The position numbers were made by a program, and so were the translations under genes. Below, piece after piece: positions 39,231 to 49,163 of a stretch of DNA of 49,163 bases; within the stretch, counting starts at the first letter, position 1; each line of letters opens with the position of its first letter. Source of the stretch: Octopus bimaculoides (Eukaryota). The stretch lies in the NCBI RefSeq assembly GCF_001194135.2, contig NC_068991.1:79777219-79826381 (forward strand). The letters are read 5' to 3'. The notes below the pieces were generated by a model, which made no database searches, was not told where the DNA came from, and saw only the letters and a program-made list of their open reading frames with translations.

Positions 39231-39922
39231 TATGAAATCTCACAGCTTATTTTGCTGGGTATGATGGAAAGTGTCAGCTGTCCACAGCCAGCAGCCATAA
39301 GGTGACACTTGGTTACTGGTCATGCTTCAAGAACCCTGGGAAGAATTCTTGCAGTTCCAAGCAATTCTGATTTTTGTGGGTGTTCTACCTTCACACTTGC
39401 ACCAATCGTTTTCAGCCATTTTGGTAATTGACTGCTGATATTTCCAAGTGCACCAATTACTATTGTATCTCATCTACTCTATTCATTGATCACAACCTCC
39501 GCATTTCCCACTTTGAATCGTCATAGTTGCTTTGTTTTTTTTTCACATTGACCGTTTACACCGGGGCACGCTATGTCAATTATCATACATGCTATTTCTT
39601 TTTTATTCACCACAAGAATATCTGGTCTCCTATATCTGGCCATGTGATCGAACTAGATCGTTACATCCAGCAGGATTTTGCAGTTCTCATTTTCGGTGAC
39701 TCCTTCTCGGGTTTGTTCATATCACGTCTTTGCTCTTTGTAGGCAGTGATTTGCCCTGAGCTCCCCATGGATCATTCTTGCCCCATTGTCGTGGCCTCGT
39801 TTGTATTCGCGTTGTACCAATTTCGGGCATTCCGTAACGATGTGCTTTACCATTTCACCACATTCTGCATTTGTCGCTATCTGTAGTTTGTCAATTCTGC
39901 ACTTCATATAATTGGTCCTTAA
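39231..39922 (-). pseudogene. R4/Dong-type non-LTR retrotransposon, 3' fragment with intact 3' UTR and (TAA)n tail
   Basis: Minus strand: LRTNYMKCRIDK...HIVTECPKLVQREYKRGHDN.ARMIH.EL, RRPDILVVNKK..CMIIDIACP (REL core), TIVIGALGNI, KSELLGTARILPRVLEA* (stop 39320-39322), then ~90 bp UTR and (TAA)6 at 39212-39230. Confidence 0.88.
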
Positions 39923-39985
39923 TAAAGTGCCAGTGAAACACTGGGGTGGATGTAATCGGCTTGTCTCTTCCTCACAAACTTAAGA
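39921..39985 (+). mobile_element. SINE family S1 3' fragment at the 5' truncation point of the LINE
   Basis: aataaagtgccagtgaaacactggggtggatgtaatcggctt compared with S1 aattaagtaccagttacgcactggggtcgatgtaatcgactt. Confidence 0.6.
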
Positions 39986-41867
39986 CCTTGTGTAATCCCA
40001 TTGACGCCTCGTCTGTGTATCGTCTTCTATGTTTTGCGTTCGGTCCTGGTGGCCAATAGAGAAATTTTTATCATTATTAATAGTAGCAATAGCAGTAGCA
40101 GCAGCAGTAGCATTAGTAGTAGTAGTAGTCATTACTGTATTTTTACTGCATTAAGTTATTGTTGCAATCAATTGTGACTTTAGATTGTATCTTTATACGA
40201 TCGTATACAATGAAAACTTTCGCCAAAACCTGCCCCGCCACCATCAACAAAAGCAAAAGCCATATGAATAAGAGCAAACATTAAAACAACAACAGAAAAA
40301 AAAAGCAAAGTCGTTGTATCAACTTTACCATTGTCAGTGTTACTATATTATCTATCATCCTCCTCATCATCATCATCATCAAGTCCTATCAACATCATTG
40401 TTTGTGTACTTTTGCTATTTGAACGTATGTTGTTGTTATTGTTATCGTTGTTATCCAATCGTGGAGTGTCCCTGTTTGTTTTGTCTTTATGCGTGATCTG
40501 TGCAGGAGACATTTTGTCCCGATTCAATTACCATTGTCTTGGAAAATGAATTCTCACTCTTTTAAGCCACCAGATATAAACACGCGCACGCACACACACT
40601 TACACACACAATAACCAGCAACAACAAAAAAACATTTACACACAAAGGTTGGGAAAAGAAGGGTAAAAATCAAAGTAAGACGTAACGTAAATAAAAGATC
40701 AGTTATGTTAACCTTTTACTACTTACGCATAGAAAACGAAACATTACTAAGAGAGCGAAAATATAACAAAACCATCAGAAAAACGAAACAGAAATTTTTA
40801 AAAAAATCATCGCAAATGGATGTCTTAATCTTTTGTAGATGTTCGCCATTTTAGTTACCCTCTGACATTTAATAACAAACAAGGCTTCTAATGAATGCTT
40901 TGACGAGGTCATGCGCAAATCTAATAAACTATAACGTGATTTTAGTTATTCTGCTAAGTTAATTGTATTACGGCAAAACGCAAATTATTGGGCGACAGGT
41001 CGATGGGAAACTCAGAAATACACGGGTGAACGTGCGTTGAAAGAAATGCGCGGGCTTATATGCACAGATATAGGCATAACAAAAGATTATTCATTATAAG
41101 GGAAATAAAATATAACACATAGTTAAACAGACATGTTTACGTAATTATTTTTTCGTTGTATGATACTGTATTAGTGATGAAAATATACGTTTGCAACTAA
41201 ACAAACACACATTCATAATTATACAGGTATAAAACATCAATGAACTCATCTATTTACAAAGATCCACACACATATACATACATAAATATATTTGTGTGAG
41301 TATGTGTGAGAGAGAGTCTGTTATTATGTTCAGTTATAAAAAGCCATTTTACATTATTCTCATACGTTACACTATATTTTTGTAGAGTACAAATTTATTA
41401 TTGTTAAACAAGACGATGGCTTAACTAACCGAAAATTCGAACTCACTGTCAATAATGTTCTTGGAGAGATTCTATGGACTTATGGTTATTTATTCATTAT
41501 TTAATTAACATTGCCTACAATTGTTTCACTATGCACCCAGTTTAAATTACTGAACATAATATAAGTTTGCATTTTCAGTAGTCTGGGTGGAAGTCTTCTG
41601 GATTAAATGGACATTACAGAACTTACATTTTTATCAACTGAAATACTCCAACAGACTCTATTTATACATGTATAGCTGCCCCAAATCATCCACAAGAAAC
41701 TGCTTTCCATGAGATATCGAAGGTAATCTCTTGTGCTATATGCAAAATGGTTGCTCCGACTGTCTTACGAAAGGTCCACACAACCAAAAGTTACTCATAC
41801 TTCCAAGAAAAGAGTACGGTTCCAAGTATTCCAAATAATGAATAAATTAATAAATACATAAAAGATT

Positions 41868-42018
41868 GCCCTAAGCACACAAAAACAATCAAATCGGGCA
41901 AAATGCTTAGTGGCATTTCCTCCGCTTCTTTTCGTTCATGAGTTCAAATTCCGCTGAGGTCAAATTTGCTGTTGATACTATCTGGGTATGTAAAATATGC
42001 AGCTGTTGAAAACTACCT

Positions 42019-42082
<64 letters not shown>

Positions 42083-42303
42083 CACACACATATATATCTG
42101 CTAAATATTTCAAATTTGGAACACTAGCATTCAGAACTTTAGTCCCATATGCGCTGCAATTCGTCAGCCTTTGCAAGTTTACGGCATTTGTAATAGAAGA
42201 GAAAACAGCGACGGTGTGCGTGTTAGCACACATGAACGAACAGAAGCGGAGGAGGCGCCACTAAGCATTTTGCCCGATTTGATTGTTCTAGTGCGCTTAG
42301 GGC
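41868..42303. repeat. Imperfect 73-bp inverted repeat pair (41868-41940 / 42231-42303)
   Basis: 66/73 identical by eye. The arms include an S1-SINE-like internal segment (cgggcaaaatgcttagtggcatttc) plus non-SINE sequence. Confidence 0.9.
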
Positions 42304-42425
42304 GGTGAGCTGGCAAATTCGTTAGCACACTGGGCGAAATGCTTCGCGGTATTTCATCTGTCTTTACGTTCTGAGATCAAATTCCTTTCGGGGTCGATAA
42401 ATTAAGTCCCAGTTGCGCACTGTGG
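42300..42425 (+). mobile_element. SINE family S1 with internal deletion
   Basis: gggcggtgagctggcaaattcgttagcacactgggcgaaatgcttcgcggtatttc...ttctgagatcaaattcc[deletion]tttcggggtcgataaattaag. Confidence 0.85.
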
Positions 42426-42991
42426 TTATAACTATATTTTTTCTCATCTGTATAGGTCAGACATTCTAGTTTTCGTTGCAGAATATTTCTGTATGCTTGG
42501 CGCTTTATATTTATAAATGAGTTCGTATTTGTGAATTCACTTCTATCGTTTAATATTTAAACCAGCACATTTATATATATATCAGTTAATTATTTTTATG
42601 TATCAATATTCAATTCCAAGTTATTAGAATATTGTTTTTGGAAATTTTATATATTTACGCCTGAAGCACCACTGTATCTCAGTGATCGAAAACTGGGACT
42701 ATCGTAAATTTTTTGACTTACAATATGTTTAAGTGCATCTATAAAGCAACTATTTAATTAAAAATTGTCTAAAGATATCTCGAGCTTAATTAATTATAAT
42801 GTTTATCGATCTGTCTCGCATCATAACTAAAATATTAATTTTGTTGTTGCTGTTGCTATAACTACATATATAAATATGAATTCTTCTATGAACACCTACC
42901 GACATAGGTATGTACATTAACCCAGATACACACATACGTACATACATGTGCATAAATATATAGATACATACAATCAACTAGGTATGCATAA

Positions 42992-43100
<109 letters not shown>

Positions 43101-43700
43101 TATATATGCACAAATACATAGACATACTTATGCCCATGATTGATTCATGCGTACATCCACGAGTTCAGCCATTTATATCCATATAATATACATGTACATG
43201 TGTGTGTTAGTGAGAATGTGTGTATGCATATATTGTATATATATACTATAGTTAATATATGATTTTTATTCTTATTAACATGTATTCGTAAGAATATTCT
43301 GAAAAGCAAATGTATCTGTATTTCTTGTGTCTAAATCTCTACTGAAATTTGAAAGGAAATGATATTAATTTTTCCATTTAATATCTTTGAGAGCGAGTGG
43401 AATATTTGACACGACAGCAACATATATTTCCTTCATCTGTTATATCTACACCAACAAACAAGCATGATTCGCATATCATTCTCAATTTCATACCAAGTAC
43501 CGAATGCTCAAGATGTCATTCACTACAATCAGTACTCCGCATTATTGGGCAAGTACATTAACCACATATATCATTGAAATATCCTGTCTTAGTATTTCGT
43601 GGATACTTGGTACCTTATTGTAATGTTCAGACAGGCGCGTCGTGGCCATCTTGGCACTAAGCTAGCCATTTAATCTAACAAACTATTTGTTATTCAGCTG

Positions 43701-43790
<90 letters not shown>

Positions 43791-45766
43791 NNNNNNNNNN
43801 NNNNNNNNNNNNNNNNNNNNNNNNNNNNNNNNNNNNNNNNNNNNNNNNNNNNNNNNNNNNNNNNNNNNNNNNNNNNNNNNNNNNNNNNNNNNNNNNNNNN
43901 NNNNNNNNNNNNNNNNNNNNNNNNNNNNNNNNNNNNNNNNNNNNNNNNNNNNNNNNNNNNNNNNNNNNNNNNNNNNNNNNNNNNNNNNNNNNNNNNNNNN
44001 NNNNNNNNNNNNNNNNNNNNNNNNNNNNNNTATATATATATATATATATATATCATATACATACATAAACACATATCCATGTGTGTATATATACAGGTAT
44101 AAACACATGTATGCATCTACACAGTAACATATGAAAACATTTTATTTAAACCCTAAGTGATTGAAACATCTTTTGATTTTGACTTCAGATGTTACACACA
44201 CTGTCAATCAAGTGTGATTGATCGTCAACAAAGCGAAACTAATCCGTTAGTTGTTTTCTACACTTGAACATAAAAGCACGCAGCACATAACAAATATATA
44301 CTGTTTCAATTTGACTGCATTCTTAATACTAATATGTCTGTTTAACCTCCACTTTGCTGTATCAAGTGTCACTTGTTTCATTACGTATTCTATAATTTAG
44401 ATGATGTAAGAACACGTTGTTGTTTCCACGAATATCGTAGCTGCTGTTTATATTATTACACAATAGATCACGTCATGTGACATGTGGGAAGTAATTGATT
44501 ATATATCAATATTCGTGTATGATAATGGAGCGTCCCACATACATCTACAAATACATGCAAACACACACATACATGCAAACACACACATACATGCAATTGG
44601 CGTAGATCACACGGATATGAACCATGAAAGATAGATTGCATGCATTTTGACCCAAATAGGCGAAGGGCTTAAGAAATGGCATGCAAGATAAATTCTTGAT
44701 TTATTGCAATTATCTCTGCTTTTAGAGAAAGTAGAGCCATCGCATGGTGGTGGTTGAGAACAAATCCATATGAAACGGTGGTGGGGTGGAGAAAGCGTCT
44801 ATGATTCTCCACGATTGAAATTCCTTAAGCAAAACACTCTCTGATTATCTAGAGACAAGAAAATAGCTATGGATACCTGTATCTTTTTCAACAAATGCCA
44901 CACCTTTTCTACAGCAAAACCAGCTACCTATAAATACGAGAGTAGAAAATATTTCTGGCCTTGGCAGTTTATATAAAAGAAACCAAAATGAAGTCAAAGA
45001 AATACCTCACGGAGTAGCGAGTGGAATGCAATTAAACAGCAACGACGAATAAGTGAATAACGGTATATCATATGCGTACGTGTGTGTGAATGCGTGCGTG
45101 TATATCTATATATATGCATATATGTATGTATATGAGCGCTGTATTCTGAGCAAAGCAATATATTATAAGTTGCTCCAGTCTAATCACTTATACAGGGACA
45201 GTGCTACGATAGCGGCACGTTTAGAAGGTATGTTCGCCGGCAGCTTAGCATTATTCAAAAGCAACAAGAATATGGAAGTGCATTGTGATCAGCGATCACA
45301 ATTACATCTGATGGTGAGGTTGATACAGTGATATATATATATACACATGTGTGTGTGTGTGTGTGTGTGTGTCTATGAATGTACAAGCACCTCGAACAAT
45401 AGAGAGCAGTCACTATATTTAATTCCATAACGGCTACCTCTGATGAGCGCAGGGTTACATAATCGGACTGTTACATAACAATCCGTTCAACCCCTAGTAC
45501 GAACCTTAATGGATATATAGTATAGTACACTTTGATATTTTTACATATATATGTATATAGATAGAGAGATAGATACAAGCATACACACACACACACATAT
45601 AGTCGAACGTTTTCGTTTAGTATATTTATTGGTGAATGCTTGATTGGACGGGGCTATCCAACAAAAGAATATAAAACCAATGTCGAAAATATTGTTTCTA
45701 CTGTTATTCTAGGCAGTTCGTTTTACCTTTCAGCATGCTAACTGCTGACACTAGAGATCCAGTGTG

Positions 45767-46156
45767 TTGTGTTGTGTTGGCACTCCGTCGCTTACGACGT
45801 CGAGGGTTCCAGTTGATCCGATCAACGGAACAGCCTGCTCGTGAAATTAACGTGCAAGTGGCTGAGCACTCCACAGACACGTGTAACCTTAACGGAGTTC
45901 TCGAGGAGATTCAGCGTGACACAGAGTGTGACAAGGCTGGCCCTTTGAATTGCAGGCACAACAGAAACAGGAAGTAAGAGTGAGAGAAAGATGTGGTGGA
46001 AGAATACAGCAGGGTTCACCACCATCCCCTGCCGGAGCCTCGTGGAGCTTTAGGTGTTGTCGCTCAATAAACACTCACAACGCCCGGTCTGGGAATCGAA
46101 ACCACGATCCTATGACCGCCAGTCCGCTGCCCTAACCACTGGGCCATTGCGCCTCC
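45767..46156 (-). mobile_element. Near-intact tRNA-derived SINE (family S3) with 14-bp target-site duplication
   Basis: The minus strand starts GGAGGCGCAATGGCCCAGTGGTTAGG (A box) ... GGTTTCGATTCCC (B box) and ends GACGGAGTGCCAACACAACACAA. It is flanked by the direct repeat agagatccagtgtg at 45753-45766 and 46157-46170. Confidence 0.92.
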
Positions 46157-47640
46157 AGAGATCCAGTGTGATTCAAGGATTGACGACTGTTGCGCTTCAA
46201 CGCTAACATCGTTCAGTTCCTCACCATTATACTGTCCGTCGGCTTCTGTAAATTTGGTCTCTTTTGATAAGCTTCGGAAAAAATGTGGCTCTACAAGTCT
46301 GTGGTGACACCATCACTCGAAATCGAGATGTTTACATATAATTCTATTGTCCAGGTTTTTCTCTTTTTTTTTATTTCCTGCTACCGTCACTACTCAACCT
46401 GCTAGAAATCTGCTTATATTTTTACAAACAATTCCCGGTTTTAAACCAAAGTGGTGATTTATCACAAGGTGTTTCAGGTAGGCGTCATATATATTTGAAA
46501 TATTAGTGTAACTCAGTGAAAGATCTTTCAACAAAATGTTACAGGTTAAAAAATAAGCGGGGAAAAATAGAAACGGAGTCTCATAGAAATGTAATCATTG
46601 TAAACGTTCGTTTTATTTATTTATTTATTTAAAACGTTTTATGACAAATACTCCTTCAACAATAAATAATTTTACAACATCGTTTGAATCATTTCGTTTT
46701 TATGAGGACCTCAATGTATAATGGAAGCATGAAAGACTTTGATAATTTTACTGTATACTATTGGAGCGAAAGAGAAAGAGAGACGGGTGTGACATTTTTA
46801 TGTAAGCTTCAAATGACTGCAGTAATCTTTATGCGTTACATCAAACACCATAATCGCAGATTAAAGCATCTGCTGAGCTGGTTGCAGCAAATACTGCAAC
46901 CTTTAAAATATGCTCTAACCTAGTAATAAACGCAGCTTCATTCATGGCAAGTTCATAAAGAAAAACACATTAGGGACGTGCTCCAGCATGACCTCAGTTC
47001 ATTGAATGCTGCAAATAATAGTAAAAGATGTTTACTGTAACACAATTAGTATGATAATAGTGACACTTTAAACTTTTCTTTGATTAAGTATAAATCTGTT
47101 AAAGCAGTTGTATTGTTATGAGAGCAAATTGAGCCGAATGGATGTTGTGGTATTGATGATTTACCAAGAAAATTAACACAGCAGGTGAAACATTTGCGGC
47201 TTAAGATCACATGGGCTTTCTGTTTCAAACTGCCAAGACATTAGAACCTACATTACATCGTCAGCCATTTTTGTCTGTCGATGTTTAGTTGCTCATAAGT
47301 CTCTACTTTTTACGATATGATTTCGTATAGAGTCGACTGATTTTTCTCCCTCGTTGAGTACAAAATCTTTTTTGTTGTTGTCATAATCAACTTCATACTC
47401 TTCTCTTACAAGCAAGATCTTTTTAAAACTATAGCATGGAATGCGTGTTGGTTACTATTCTTGCAGATGTACAACCAAGAAGAAGCATACGTTGGATTTT
47501 TGTGTATCCTTTTTTTGTCGTTGATGTTTTAGCATCATCTGAAGGCTAATTAATCCGACCTATGGCCAAAGGCGTTCAATGTGTGATCATGCCATCTTTA
47601 CAGTGGTCAGTATGACCACATTATCTAATTGTTGATTTTA

Positions 47641-47870
47641 GGGCGGCGAGCTGGCAGAATCGTTAGCACGCCGGGCGAAATGCTTAGCGGTATTTTGTCT
47701 GCCGTTACGTTCTGAGTTCAAATTCCGCCGAGGTCGACTTTGCCTTTCATCCTTTCGAGGTCGATAAATTAAGTACCAGTTACGCACTGGGGTCGATGTA
47801 ATCGACTTAATCCGTTCGTCTGTTCTTGTTTGTCCCCTCTATGTTTAGCCCCTTGTGGGCAATAACGAAT
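47641..47870 (+). mobile_element. Full-length SINE family S1
   Basis: gggcggcgagctggcagaatcgttagc (A-box-like), gagttcaaattcc (B box), conserved body gtcgactttgcctttcatcctttcg..ggtcgataaattaagtaccag, and A-rich end. Confidence 0.9.
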
Positions 47871-47871
47871 A

Positions 47872-47987
47872 GGTATTTTGTCTGCCGTTACGTCCTGACT
47901 TCAAACTCCGCCGAGGTCGACTTTGCCTTTCATCCTTTCGGGGTCGATTAAATAAGTACCAGTTACGCACTGGGGCTGGTGTAATCG
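47872..47987 (+). mobile_element. Second, 5'-truncated S1 SINE copy directly in tandem
   Basis: ggtattttgtctgccgttacg... repeats 47689-47805 with few substitutions and runs into a gap. Confidence 0.88.
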
Positions 47988-48475
47988 NNNNNNNNNNNNN
48001 NNNNNNNNNNNNNNNNNNNNNNNNNNNNNNNNNNNNNNNNNNNNNNNNNNNNNNNNNNNNNNNNNNNNNNNNNNNNNNNNNNNNNNNNNNNNNNNNNNNN
48101 NNNNNNNNNNNNNNNNNNNNNNNNNNNNNNNNNNNCTTCTATTTTTTTTTTTAGTAAATTGTTGTCTAGCGGTGTGGCATCTTCGCTTTCCTTGGCGAGT
48201 TTTTTGTGTGTTCGTTATACGAACAAATTTTGTATTCGCTGTTTGTGGGAGGCGGGTTCGCTTACCCACAGTAGCGAAAATTTTTGTTTTGACTTTGAGC
48301 CAAAAAAAAAAGCAACTTTGAGTGAAGAAAACTTTTTGTGTCTCACTGTGCGAGAATTGTTGTTTTTGTGGGCGTATCTCGCCTCTGAAAAACTTGTGAA
48401 AATTTTGCTGTTGTGGCCCTGAATTACCGTTATTGGAATACCTTTACTGAATTCCATGCATGTGTTCCTGTGGTT

Positions 48476-48530
48476 GTGCTTAATGTCTCACTTAGCGGTG
48501 AGAAGAGTGTTTTGGAGGTATCGCTCCTCC
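48476..48530 (+). ncRNA. Candidate small structured RNA (hairpin with GTGAG 5' splice site - U-rich Sm-like tract - terminal hairpin), copy 1
   Basis: Stem TCTCAC/GTGAGA (48486-48503), then AGAGTGTTTTGG, then stem GGAGG/CCTCC (48514-48530). Identical in copy 2 while the flanks differ. Function is inferred only. Confidence 0.3.
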
Positions 48531-49019
48531 CAAAATTGTGAACTTAGTTTGTAAAAGTTTGTTGTTTTCAAGCCATGATTTGAAAACTACAAATAAATAT
48601 TGTGAACTTTTTTTAAAAAAGAAAAGGAATTTATTGTTTTCAAACTAAGTTTTGAAAGCTAATAGATTTGAAGAAAAGTCTTCCTCTTGCTTTGAACTAC
48701 ACCACGTGGAACCAGGCAAAGGATTTAATTTTTACCAGCAAAGTGACGACTGCAGCGGAGCCCGGATCAAATCGGGCCGGAGTACCGTTCTGGCCTGAAA
48801 ATTTGTTAATGAAATAAAGTAGCATTGCTTACCGAAAGGACATGTTTATTGTCGCTCCGGCTTCACGTCGCTGAATGCCAGCGTCGTGAATTTTTGACGT
48901 ACAACTACAGGTAAGACTTTTGTGTTTTTTGGGATTTAGTGGGGGTTTGTTGCTCATGTTTATTTTTATGTCGAACAAGAATTCTCCACTGGATTCCACG
49001 CATTTGTTTGCCTGTGGTG

Positions 49020-49074
49020 GTGCTTAATGTCTCACTTAGCGGTGAGAAGAGTGTTTTGGAGGTATCGCTCCTCC
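49020..49074 (+). ncRNA. Candidate small structured RNA, copy 2
   Basis: Identical to 48476-48530. Confidence 0.3.
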
Positions 49075-49163
49075 AAAAATTGTGAACTCGATTTGTAAAA
49101 GTTTGTTGTCTTCAAATCATGATTTGAAAACTACAAATAAATATTGTGAACTTTGTTTAAAAA

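Larger units (their letters stand above)
48438..49163 (+). repeat. Direct repeat, period 544 bp (approx. 48438-48620 and 48979-49163, the latter cut by the window end)
   Basis: The copies align from gaat..ccactg/ttactg to attgtgaacttt. The 55-bp core 48476-48530 is identical to 49020-49074. Confidence 0.95.

Noticed and set aside
41610-41830. Possible minus-strand exon ending at a GTAAGT donor (~41625)
   Set aside because: The upstream frames I translated contain stops and no recognisable peptide.
48413-48423. GTGGCCCTGAA, the reverse complement of half a histone 3' stem-loop
   Set aside because: The other arm is missing and there is no histone ORF nearby.
48476-48897. Partial similarity to canonical snRNAs (U12-like CTCAC/GTGAG stem before an Sm site; U4-like GTGACGACT.GCA and AATTTTTGAC)
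   Set aside because: The matches are short and not collinear, and the conserved 5' regions of U1, U2, U4, U5, U6, U11 and U12 are absent. No canonical snRNA is called.
48979-48999. AATTCTCCACTG resembling an insect snRNA PSE, and GTTTGTAAAAG (48547) resembling a 3' box
   Set aside because: Each is changed in the other repeat copy and the spacing to the proposed RNA is atypical; too weak to annotate.

Overview
AT-rich, microsatellite-dense eukaryotic scaffold with 14 N-gaps. The SINE families look, from memory, like those of Octopus/coleoid cephalopod assemblies; this is an inference and no search was run. No intact host protein-coding gene can be supported. Almost all listed ORFs are artefacts of N-runs or di/tri/tetranucleotide repeats. 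The recognisable coding material is transposon debris: a mariner transposase relic (173-760), a CR1/L2-type RT fragment (12150-12600), and three R4/Dong-type (CCHC + restriction-like endonuclease) non-LTR fragments. Non-autonomous elements include several tRNA-derived SINE families (one near-intact copy with a 14-bp TSD), a Helitron-like element, a Tc1-type MITE and two Penelope-like terminal fragments with a hammerhead-like relic. The most unusual part is the last kilobase (48136-49163). It lacks microsatellites, carries many hairpins followed by U-rich tracts, and has two identical copies, 544 bp apart, of a 55-bp hairpin/5'-splice-site - U-rich Sm-like - hairpin module, plus a diverged third copy with compensatory changes. 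That layout resembles a spliced-leader or Sm-class small RNA gene array, which is a hypothesis only. Also notable are a series of (TAA)n-bounded retroelements at 37.6-39.9 kb and several short local inverted duplications.
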